64,000 nt of DNA from a virus, in the IMG/VR virus record IMGVR_UViG_3300043775_002839, positions 29,706-93,705 of that record, one strand, 5' to 3'. Shown here piece by piece: positions 8,908-17,652 of this stretch. Below the pieces are notes generated by a model. That model saw nothing but the letters and a program-made list of their open reading frames with translations. It was not told the DNA's origin and did not search any database. Numbering within the stretch: position 1 is the stretch's first letter; every line of letters begins with the position of its first letter. The translations under genes were made by a program, and so were the position numbers.

Positions 8908-9360
8908 ACAGGACCTGAATACGCCGCTTCAATAGTTCTTATGTTAAATAAGGCGCAATTAAAGGATGGTGATAAAAAAGTTGGTATCGTTGTAACCGCC
9001 AAGCCTGACAAGAATCGTTTCGCAAAACCCCACCCAATTAAATTCCACCTTGACTTTACTAAAGGTATGAATCCTTATGTTGGATTAGAACAATATGCAA
9101 CATGGGATATTTGTGGAATCACAAGAGGTTCTATTGAGAAAGGTGTTAAAACTCCTAAATCAACTGCAAGAGGATGGATTTGTAAACATCTTGATGAGAC
9201 TGTTTCTAATGCAGAATTCTTTACTGAAAAGGTATTTACAAGAGAGGTACTTGAACAAATTAATGAGCACCTTAAGCCAATTTTTAATTATAATACTTCG
9301 GCTGAAACTCTTAATAATGAAATTGGAGACTTATTAAACGAGGACTTAGATACTGAATAA
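8788..9360 (+). CDS. uvsX: Split intein C-fragment (40 aa) fused to the UvsX C-terminal part
   Basis: VYDLTVEDAQHYISENGVINHN|TGPEYAAS; splicing would restore the UvsX GGG-TGPxY motif; followed by KNRFAKP. Confidence 0.92.
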   Translation: MQLEKLKIKNVTELKSTKVYDLTVEDAQHYISENGVINHNTGPEYAASIVLMLNKAQLKDGDKKVGIVVTAKPDKNRFAKPHPIKFHLDFTKGMNPYVGLEQYATWDICGITRGSIEKGVKTPKSTARGWICKHLDETVSNAEFFTEKVFTREVLEQINEHLKPIFNYNTSAETLNNEIGDLLNEDLDTE

Positions 9361-9361
9361 T

Positions 9362-9673
9362 ATGGAAGTGAATCTTAATCGACTAGATGAAGACAAACTA
9401 CCCATAAAATATATTTTAGGCATCCATGAACAACTAGAAAGTTTTCCGGATGCCTTTGATATTATACATGTTTATGTTGTCGAAACTATGAAAAAACCAG
9501 ACCGTCCACGAAACAATTTTACAAAACATTCATTGATGACATATCATGCTTGTGGTAATATTGAAAATGCGGAGAAGGGTTTGGAACAGGCAATTGGACT
9601 TGGTTTAATTGAACAAACCAACTCTGAAGATGGAAAAGAATCTTATAAGATATTAATTAACCCATTCCAATAA
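9362..9673 (+). CDS. Hypothetical protein, possible winged-helix
   Basis: C-terminal helix-GLIE-beta-hairpin pattern. Confidence 0.5.
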   Translation: MEVNLNRLDEDKLPIKYILGIHEQLESFPDAFDIIHVYVVETMKKPDRPRNNFTKHSLMTYHACGNIENAEKGLEQAIGLGLIEQTNSEDGKESYKILINPFQ

Positions 9674-9713
9674 GAAACTTTACCTCAAAAGTGCTTATAA
9701 TCTAAAAAAATAT

Positions 9714-11027
9714 ATGAAATTCGGACAAGATTTTGAAAAAATATTCTTTAAGTTATCTTTGGCAAAACCAAAGTACTTAGAAAAAATACATAAAGGCTTT
9801 TATACTTCAGATGAAATAGACACAATGCATTTTTTAGCAACGAAGTTCTATGAGAAATTCCATGAAGCTCCAAAGGCGGATCAGATGAAAATCCTTTCTC
9901 AAAGTCCTAAGTTTAAAGGAAAGGTTGATGAGAATATTATTGAATTGGTTTATAAAACTGACCTATCACAATATGATGAAGAATGGCTAGTTTCTACTGC
10001 TGAAGCCTGGATTAAATGGAGAACATTCGATACTACTTTAATAGACACTATTGAGTATATTAAGACCACTGAAGTTACTCCAGAGAATGCAGATTCAATC
10101 ATCTCAAAAGTTAAAAGTTTAATCAATGACCGAAATTCAATTGTATTTAACTCAGATATTGGACTAGATTTCTTTAATGCTGGCGATCACTACCAAGAAG
10201 GTCGAGCTAAATTTTCGACAGGATATAACTTTTTAGACAGGTTACTTTCTGGCGGTTATGACAAAGATGGTTCATTGATAGTTTATGTTGGAGAACAAAA
10301 TATTGGTAAGTCTATTTTCTTAGCGAATGACGCCGCAAATTTTGTTAAGATGGGAGTTAACACTGCATTTGTTTCTGCGGAAATGGCAGCTCATAAAGTT
10401 CTTAAAAGAATTGGAGCAAACCTACTTACAATTCCAATGAATGAATATGACGCCAAAGCCCAAAATAAAGACCTGATTAAAAGAAAGCTTGAAAATGTAG
10501 GTGATGGTTTAACACCACCTGGAAATCTTTTTGTAAAACAATTTCCAACTTCTCAAGCAACTGTACCAGATATTGAAGCCTATTTAAAACAAATCGAAGA
10601 GGAACGTAAGATAAAACTAGGAGCCATTGTTATTGACTACATAAATATCCTGGCAAACTATAGAAATCCAAACTCTGAAAATATGTACCTTAAAATCAAG
10701 CAAATTGCTGAAGATTTACGTGCAATGGGAGTAAGAAATAATTGGTTGATAGTTACTGCAACACAGATTAACCGAAATAATTATAATTCAAGTGATATTG
10801 GAATGGGAGATGTTGCAGAATCCGCAGGACTTTCGCATACCGCAGATTTAATGCTTGGAATTATTCAAGATGATATTATGCGAGCATCATTTGAATACTG
10901 GCTTAAAGTCTTAAAAATTAGAGATGGTGAAGGTAAAGGTGTTAAATGCCGACTAGATATTAACTATCAATACATGAGACTTACTGAAACTGATGACGTT
11001 ACAAATTCAAACATACACAACTTATAA
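9714..11027 (+). CDS. gp41: Replicative DnaB-like helicase (T4 gp41)
   Basis: GEQNIGKS, SAEM, IDYINI, TATQINR, AESAGL. Confidence 0.93.
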   Translation: MKFGQDFEKIFFKLSLAKPKYLEKIHKGFYTSDEIDTMHFLATKFYEKFHEAPKADQMKILSQSPKFKGKVDENIIELVYKTDLSQYDEEWLVSTAEAWIKWRTFDTTLIDTIEYIKTTEVTPENADSIISKVKSLINDRNSIVFNSDIGLDFFNAGDHYQEGRAKFSTGYNFLDRLLSGGYDKDGSLIVYVGEQNIGKSIFLANDAANFVKMGVNTAFVSAEMAAHKVLKRIGANLLTIPMNEYDAKAQNKDLIKRKLENVGDGLTPPGNLFVKQFPTSQATVPDIEAYLKQIEEERKIKLGAIVIDYINILANYRNPNSENMYLKIKQIAEDLRAMGVRNNWLIVTATQINRNNYNSSDIGMGDVAESAGLSHTADLMLGIIQDDIMRASFEYWLKVLKIRDGEGKGVKCRLDINYQYMRLTETDDVTNSNIHNL

Positions 11028-11029
11028 AC

Positions 11030-11473
11030 ATGAGAACACAAAGAGATAAAATATTCGACAATACATTTACTGAGAGTGAATATGAATTAGACAGTTCATT
11101 TTCTTTTGAAATTGCTCCAAGCTACCTAGACAATCGAGACGAAGAGGACAAAATTGAAACGCAAATCATAATCACAAAGATTCATGAACTAATTGAATCT
11201 TCAAGATTTAAACACTTCAATAGCATTAACGAATTTAATGAGACTGTTAAATTAAAAAAGAATGAAATTAACGAAATCTATGAATTTATTTCAGACGAGC
11301 TCAGACCAAACCATTCAATTATAGAAGTATTTTCAGAATTATGTGATTACTTTAATGTTAATCCAACCAAATTCTACCAGTCACTAGGAAACAAATTTAA
11401 AGAAGAGCTAATCGAAGTATTAGACAAGAAGACAAACGTACTTAAGAAAAAGCATATAAATAGATTATTCTAA
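11030..11473 (+). CDS. Hypothetical protein
   Basis: Packed ORF in the replication operon. Confidence 0.6.
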   Translation: MRTQRDKIFDNTFTESEYELDSSFSFEIAPSYLDNRDEEDKIETQIIITKIHELIESSRFKHFNSINEFNETVKLKKNEINEIYEFISDELRPNHSIIEVFSELCDYFNVNPTKFYQSLGNKFKEELIEVLDKKTNVLKKKHINRLF

Positions 11474-11475
11474 CT

Positions 11476-12588
11476 ATGATTCAACAAGCAAATTTAAACA
11501 AGCCAGTAAAAAGAATTTGGATTCTAGGTGATATGCACTTAGGAGTCCGTTCAAGTTCTTTGGAATGGTTAGAGATGCAAAAGGATTTTTATGACAACCA
11601 ATTTATTCCGACTCTATTAGAAAACTATGAAGATGGAGATATTTTGGTTCAAGTTGGAGATGCTTTCGATAATAGACAAAGTGTAAACATTAGAGTCCTA
11701 CATTATGCAATCGATCTTTTTGAAAGACTTGGAAATATTCTACCGACTCACGTAATCTGCGGAAACCACGATATCTGGGCAAAAAAGAGCAATGATGTAA
11801 GTTCTATTGATGCACTTAAATGGATTCCAAATGTAAGTATCTACAAAGAACCCCAAACATTCAATTGGGGTGGACGAGAAATCCTATTAATGCCATGGAG
11901 ACGGGACGTAGAACATGAAGTAGAAACTTTAGATGCATTCCCAAACGCTGAAATTGTATTTTGCCATTCAGAAGTTCGAGGTATTAAATTAAATAAGAAG
12001 GTTGACAATCACCACGGAACCGATTCAACTACTTATGACCGATTTACTGCAGTTTATTCAGGACATATTCATTATAGACAGAGACGCGGACAACTGAGAA
12101 TGGTTGGTACGCCTTATGAATTGACCCGATCTGATATGGACAACACTAAAGGATTTGATCTGGTTAATTTAGAAGACATGCAGGAGACCTTCTTTGAGAA
12201 TACAATATCACCAAAGTTTGTTAAATTTAATCTAACCAATCTTTATAATACACCTCTTGGAGAATTTAAAGATGCCATTAGAAATAATTTTGTAGACCTT
12301 TATGTCCCATCAAATATTGCAACAACATCTGCTCTTTCAAGACTAATTAATAAAGTACAAACAATAAGTAGAAAAATTGACCCCAATATCTACGAACAGG
12401 ACACATTCTTAGACGAGGATTCATACGACATGGACCAAATTGAGGACCTATACAAAAATTATAATATCTTACATCTTTGTAATATCTATGTCGATAATAC
12501 TGGACATGCCGAAGATGTTAAAACACAAATCAAGGATCGTTTAAAGAAACTTCACGATTTTTACGCATATAATAATCAAATGGATTAA
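11476..12588 (+). CDS. gp47: Mre11/SbcD-like recombination nuclease (T4 gp47)
   Basis: GDMHLG, GDAFD, GNHD, SGHIH. Confidence 0.92.
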   Translation: MIQQANLNKPVKRIWILGDMHLGVRSSSLEWLEMQKDFYDNQFIPTLLENYEDGDILVQVGDAFDNRQSVNIRVLHYAIDLFERLGNILPTHVICGNHDIWAKKSNDVSSIDALKWIPNVSIYKEPQTFNWGGREILLMPWRRDVEHEVETLDAFPNAEIVFCHSEVRGIKLNKKVDNHHGTDSTTYDRFTAVYSGHIHYRQRRGQLRMVGTPYELTRSDMDNTKGFDLVNLEDMQETFFENTISPKFVKFNLTNLYNTPLGEFKDAIRNNFVDLYVPSNIATTSALSRLINKVQTISRKIDPNIYEQDTFLDEDSYDMDQIEDLYKNYNILHLCNIYVDNTGHAEDVKTQIKDRLKKLHDFYAYNNQMD

Positions 12589-12590
12589 AT

Positions 12591-14264
12591 ATGAAAATAC
12601 AAAGTATTGAACTAAAAAACTTTGCATCCTACGGCAATCAAGTTCAAACGATAAAATTCGAAGATGATAAATCTGAGCTATTTTTAACATTGGGTAAAAA
12701 TGGCGAAGGCAAAACAACTATTGCTAACGCGATAGTTTTTGCGCTTTACGGGAAAGTTGAAGGTGTTAAAATGTCTGACCTTCCAAACCGAATTAATAAA
12801 GAACTTTGGGTCCAAATAACCTTACAATGTAAAAGTACAACCGTTGTTATTGAGCGCGGTCTGGCTCCTGGAATTTTCAAAGTACTCCTTAATGGAATTG
12901 AATTTGACAAGGCAGGAAAACGTTCAGTACAAGAATATCTTGAAGAGGAAATCTTTGGCATTCCATACCATGTATTTAAAAACATTATTATTCTCTCGGT
13001 TAATGACTTTAAGTCTTTTTTAACAATGAGCAATAGTGACAAACGTCAGATCATTGATAAAATGTTTGGATTCTCTATCTTAAATGAAATGCAAAATGCA
13101 CTTAAAGAAGAGAGGCGAACACTTAAAGGTGATATTGATGCATTTGGTAGAGAATTGAGTCAAATAAATGAGAACATAAAATCGGTTCAAATAAAACTTG
13201 ACCAATTAATGGTTGAAAGCCAAGAAAAGGACAAGCAGAAAATTCAACATCTTAAAGATTCTCTTGTTAAATATGACGAAAATAAAAAGAAGTTAGAAGA
13301 GGCTCAAGGTAAAATTACTGCAAGCATTAAAGGTTTAAATCTAGACCTTCAAACAAATCAGTCGACCGAAACTGAATTAAAGTTTAAAATAGCAGAACTT
13401 AAAAAGAAATTAGAGTTGTATGAAAATAATTCATGCCCAACTTGCGAACATGAGCTTACTGGAGAATTTCATAACTCTAGAAAGGATGAACTTGAATCTG
13501 AACTAAAAGATATTCCAAGTCAACTTCAAGAAGTTACTGGGGAAGTGTCAACTATTAAAACCCAAATCAGCGATCTTAGAGATAAAGATAGTGCAGTTCG
13601 AGACAAAGTATCTTCCTTAAATATTAACATTGCAAATTTTAAAACAGAGCTCTTAGCAATTGCCGCATCAATCAAAGGCACAACTGATTTTTCTCACATG
13701 GAACAAATTATCTCTGACTTTGAAACCCAAGAGTTGGAGAAAGGAAATCTCAAAGATACTAAAACAATTGACTACAATTTCTTAGAAATGGTTGAAGAGG
13801 TTCTTGGCGAGGATGGAGTTAAAAATCTTGCAATCAAGACAATATTGCCCGGACTGAATGCAAACATTGCAGCTATGACCCAGACAATGCACCTTCACTT
13901 CCACCTCAGGTTTGATGAGAAATTCAATTGTATTATCAATCACTTAGGAGAGGAAATAAACCCAATGACCCTTTCAACAGGAGAACGAAAGAAAGCCGAC
14001 TTTATAATTATTATTGCAATTATTAAAATCCTAAAGTTAAGATTTCCACAATTAAATTTACTATTCTTAGATGAGTTATTAAGTTCTGTCGATCAGGATG
14101 GAATTCACAATATCCTAAAAATTTTGAGTGGAGTAATCAAGGAGAGCAAAATTAACTGTTTTGTTATCAACCACACACCCTTGCCCCACGAAATCTTTGA
14201 CAAAAAGATTCAAATCTACAGAGAAAATGGATTCTCTAAATTTAATATTGAGCTAATAGAATAA
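12591..14264 (+). CDS. gp46: Rad50/SbcC-like ATPase (T4 gp46)
   Basis: GKNGEGKT, coiled coil with CPTC zinc hook, LSTGE signature, LFLDE. Confidence 0.93.
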   Translation: MKIQSIELKNFASYGNQVQTIKFEDDKSELFLTLGKNGEGKTTIANAIVFALYGKVEGVKMSDLPNRINKELWVQITLQCKSTTVVIERGLAPGIFKVLLNGIEFDKAGKRSVQEYLEEEIFGIPYHVFKNIIILSVNDFKSFLTMSNSDKRQIIDKMFGFSILNEMQNALKEERRTLKGDIDAFGRELSQINENIKSVQIKLDQLMVESQEKDKQKIQHLKDSLVKYDENKKKLEEAQGKITASIKGLNLDLQTNQSTETELKFKIAELKKKLELYENNSCPTCEHELTGEFHNSRKDELESELKDIPSQLQEVTGEVSTIKTQISDLRDKDSAVRDKVSSLNINIANFKTELLAIAASIKGTTDFSHMEQIISDFETQELEKGNLKDTKTIDYNFLEMVEEVLGEDGVKNLAIKTILPGLNANIAAMTQTMHLHFHLRFDEKFNCIINHLGEEINPMTLSTGERKKADFIIIIAIIKILKLRFPQLNLLFLDELLSSVDQDGIHNILKILSGVIKESKINCFVINHTPLPHEIFDKKIQIYRENGFSKFNIELIE

Positions 14265-14276
14265 GATATATATTGA

Positions 14277-16868
14277 ATGGCAAATTATAACCAGAAGTTT
14301 AACTCTGACGATAGTGTAGTTAGACACATTATTATAGGATTTTTAGCCGATTTGAATACTAAATTGTATTTTCATCGACAAATAACCAATGAAGAGAGAG
14401 TAGTAGTGGACGTTCCATTTTACTACTCAATAACAGGGGATGACCAGTTCCTAAGAGATAATTTCTTATTTTCTACAGCATCCGGTCCAAATTGTACTCC
14501 AGATAAAGAACATGCCGATGCAAACTACGATGTTGTACCAAGAGGACTTGTAAACTTTGATGGACTTGCTATTGATTCTGGAAAACTAGTTAATAAAAGA
14601 ATCTCCGGTAACTATACTAAAATGAATTCTGAGGGAATTATTGAATCTTATGTTGCCGAATTTGACATGATTCCAATAACTATCAGTTTTAATGTTGAAA
14701 TACTAGTATCTTCAACTCTTGATTCTTTTAAAATAACTGAGGCAATAATTAAAAGAATGTACAAATCCAACTATTTTAATGTTGAAGTTGGACATTTAGA
14801 AGAGGGTAATTATAGAATTGCATCTTATTATGCCCTACCGGACGATTATAATCTTGAAAGACCCGTTGGATTCAAATATGATGATAAGGACCGATTTAAA
14901 ATAACCTTTCCAATTGAAGTTAATTCATTTATACCTTCATTCCATCTAGGAAATGAAGAAAGTTTCGGAACAAATACAGATCGTTTCGGAACAAATCAAC
15001 GTTCTACTGAAATGTTTGCTGGAAATAGAATGTTTACAATAAATAACATTATAAATTCGACAGATGTTACTCAAATCGATTCCGGTCCATTTCTTGGAGA
15101 AATTATACAAGTGCCATCAATACCACCAACAAATGGTAGTTCACTATTTGGATCTCAGGGACCTATAGGTCCTGCAGGAGACAGAGGACCTCAAGGACGC
15201 CAAGGTCCTATAGGACCTCAAGGATATCAGGGTATTCAGGGTATTAAAGGAGATCAAGGACTTCAGGGTATTAAAGGAGACCAAGGTACTCAAGGAGATC
15301 AAGGACTTCAGGGTACTCAAGGAGATCAAGGACTTCAGGGTATTAAAGGAGACCAAGGAATACAAGGAGACCAAGGAATACAAGGAGACCAAGGTACTCA
15401 GGGAGACCAAGGAATACAAGGTACTCAGGGAGACCAAGGAATACAAGGTACTCAAGGAGACCAAGGAACGCAAGGTACCACTCCACTTTGGATTTTTAGA
15501 GGTGAATGGGTAAATGGGATTGATTATATTGCTGGAGACTTGGTTACATTTAACGGATCTCTTTACTATACAGCAACCGGCGTTTATTCTTCTTTTAATC
15601 CGGAATATACTGGAGTGGACTGGGCTCTTATATCTCCGAGAGGAGACCAAGGAGACCAAGGAGACCAAGGAGACCAAGGAGACCAAGGAACTCAAGGAGA
15701 CCAAGGAACTCAAGGAGACCAAGGAACTCAAGGAGACCAAGGAACTCAAGGAGACCAAGGAACTCAAGGAGACCAAGGAACTCAAGGAGACCAAGGAACT
15801 CAAGGAACTCAAGGAACTCAAGGAGAAAAAGGCACAACAGGAAATTTTGGTGGTGCAACATTTGAGTTCTTCTATGACAATGATACAACGGATCCTGTAA
15901 ATCTTACTTCTGGACACATAAGAATTAATGAATTTGGTACTGAAATGTACATTTCATATTTAGATGCTAACTCCGTAAATATTCAATCATTCATACATAC
16001 AATTGATGACTCATCTTCTCAGATCAAAGGTTCATTTAAACTAACCTCATATTCTGACCCACTGCTTTATGCATTTTTTAATATCACCGGCTCTCATACA
16101 GAACATTCAGATCATTTTAATGTTCCAATTGCATTTATTTCTAGCCCTATTGCTGGAACTGTACCTCCTGATCAAAGAACATATATTACATTTCAAAGAA
16201 CAGGAGATATTGGAGACCGAGGACCTCAAGGAGACCAAGGACCTCAAGGACCTCAAGGACCTCAAGGAGACCAAGGACCTCAAGGAGACCAAGGAACTCA
16301 AGGAGACCAAGGAACTCAAGGAGACCAAGGAACTCAAGGAGACCAAGGAACTCAAGGAGACCAAGGACCTCAAGGAGACCAAGGACCTCAAGGAGACCAA
16401 GGACCTCAAGGAGACCAAGGACCTCAAGGAGACCAAGGACCTCAAGGAACTCAAGGAGACCAAGGACCTCAAGGACCTCAAGGAGACCAAGGACCTCAAG
16501 GAGACCAAGGAACTCAAGGAACTCAAGGAACTCAAGGAAATGGACCTCAAGGACCTCAAGGACCTGCTGGTACAGGTTCAGGTGCAGGTGGAAGTATTAA
16601 ATCAATAAACGTAATAAGCAGTAATACAATCGCCGGAAGTAATGCTAGCACTGAATACACATATCTTGCATCAGGAACTATTGATATCACTCTTCCAACA
16701 GCCGTGGGAAATACAAATAACTACTATATCAAAAATACAGGAACAGGTACAGTAACAATTAAAACAACAGGATCTGAAACAATAGATGGAAGTTTAACAG
16801 CACCTCTGCGGGTACAATACACTGCGCTAACTCTTGTCAGCGACCAATTAAACTGGTTCATAATATAA
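14277..16868 (+). CDS. gp15-like tail completion domain fused to collagen repeats and fibre-like domains
   Basis: N-terminal ~270 aa resembles the T4 gp15 family; three Gly-X-Y tracts; W/Y-rich FRGEW...Y.AGDLV module; C-terminal ITLPTA...IDG...NWFII domain. Confidence 0.65.
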   Translation: MANYNQKFNSDDSVVRHIIIGFLADLNTKLYFHRQITNEERVVVDVPFYYSITGDDQFLRDNFLFSTASGPNCTPDKEHADANYDVVPRGLVNFDGLAIDSGKLVNKRISGNYTKMNSEGIIESYVAEFDMIPITISFNVEILVSSTLDSFKITEAIIKRMYKSNYFNVEVGHLEEGNYRIASYYALPDDYNLERPVGFKYDDKDRFKITFPIEVNSFIPSFHLGNEESFGTNTDRFGTNQRSTEMFAGNRMFTINNIINSTDVTQIDSGPFLGEIIQVPSIPPTNGSSLFGSQGPIGPAGDRGPQGRQGPIGPQGYQGIQGIKGDQGLQGIKGDQGTQGDQGLQGTQGDQGLQGIKGDQGIQGDQGIQGDQGTQGDQGIQGTQGDQGIQGTQGDQGTQGTTPLWIFRGEWVNGIDYIAGDLVTFNGSLYYTATGVYSSFNPEYTGVDWALISPRGDQGDQGDQGDQGDQGTQGDQGTQGDQGTQGDQGTQGDQGTQGDQGTQGDQGTQGTQGTQGEKGTTGNFGGATFEFFYDNDTTDPVNLTSGHIRINEFGTEMYISYLDANSVNIQSFIHTIDDSSSQIKGSFKLTSYSDPLLYAFFNITGSHTEHSDHFNVPIAFISSPIAGTVPPDQRTYITFQRTGDIGDRGPQGDQGPQGPQGPQGDQGPQGDQGTQGDQGTQGDQGTQGDQGTQGDQGPQGDQGPQGDQGPQGDQGPQGDQGPQGTQGDQGPQGPQGDQGPQGDQGTQGTQGTQGNGPQGPQGPAGTGSGAGGSIKSINVISSNTIAGSNASTEYTYLASGTIDITLPTAVGNTNNYYIKNTGTGTVTIKTTGSETIDGSLTAPLRVQYTALTLVSDQLNWFII
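15150..16572 (+). repeat. Three collagen-coding tandem repeat tracts (9/18-nt units) at ~15150-15479, 15642-15851 and 16203-16572
   Basis: Units GGAGACCAA, GGAACTCAA, GGACCTCAA. Confidence 0.95.
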
Positions 16869-16880
16869 AAATAAAACAAT

Positions 16881-17330
16881 ATGGCATACAATCCTAATAA
16901 TCCAAACGGAAGAACAACAGCATCAGCATCAGCTCCCGTTGTTCTTGCTAATGACGTTACACCTCCATTTTCTATAGCAGAAGCAACTACAGGAGGAGCC
17001 TCTGTATTTAGACTTGTGTCTGCATCGGGACAGAACATTACTCAAGTAAAAACTCCAGCAGGCCAGGCAAAGATAACAGGGTGGTACATTTACAATTCAA
17101 ATGGATCTGCAAGAACTTTACGTTTTTTTAATGTAGCAGTTGCACCAACTCTTCTTACAGCGCCGTATCTTACTATTACAATTCCTGCATTATCCGCAGC
17201 TAACTGCCCATTTCCAGCAGGAATAGATTTTTCAAATGGAATTTACATAGCAACTACAACGGCATCGGATGACGCTGCCGCTGGAGGAGTTTCAGCAGGT
17301 GATTTAATAATAAACATATTCTACAAATAA
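16881..17330 (+). CDS. Putative virion structural/fibre-associated protein
   Basis: Beta-rich, A/T/G-rich; in the fibre island. Confidence 0.5.
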   Translation: MAYNPNNPNGRTTASASAPVVLANDVTPPFSIAEATTGGASVFRLVSASGQNITQVKTPAGQAKITGWYIYNSNGSARTLRFFNVAVAPTLLTAPYLTITIPALSAANCPFPAGIDFSNGIYIATTTASDDAAAGGVSAGDLIINIFYK

Positions 17331-17331
17331 A

Positions 17332-17640
17332 ATGAAAATACAAGCAACACAATCAGTACAGCTTCCATTATTAGGAACAGTTAACAATTTAGAAATTAGA
17401 GTTAACTCTTTTCCACTATTTCCATCTTCTATAGAGATAATTTGGCAAGTAAGTGGAGAAACACTAATTAAAGAAGGAACAATGACTCTTCCGACAGAAG
17501 TAGTTTCTGCATGGGGAACAGATGACACTATAGTAAAAGACTACGTGCTTCAACAATTAGGATTGGTCGAAGATACTACAACAGATCCTGTAGTAGAAAT
17601 TTCACAACCATCAACTCCAACTGAAGAAACTCCGCAATAA
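17332..17640 (+). CDS. Hypothetical protein (possible fibre accessory)
   Basis: Packed ORF; WG.DD motif seen beside phage fibre genes. Confidence 0.5.
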   Translation: MKIQATQSVQLPLLGTVNNLEIRVNSFPLFPSSIEIIWQVSGETLIKEGTMTLPTEVVSAWGTDDTIVKDYVLQQLGLVEDTTTDPVVEISQPSTPTEETPQ

Positions 17641-17652
17641 AACAAAGTTTAA

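Noticed and set aside
15642-16572. Short tandem repeats as a possible CRISPR array
   Set aside because: No unique spacers; they encode in-frame Gly-X-Y; no cas genes
15144-16608. Alternative-frame ORFs (ETKETKELK..., SLSSLVSL...) over the collagen tracts
   Set aside because: Shadows of the 9/18-nt repeats, which lack stops in other frames
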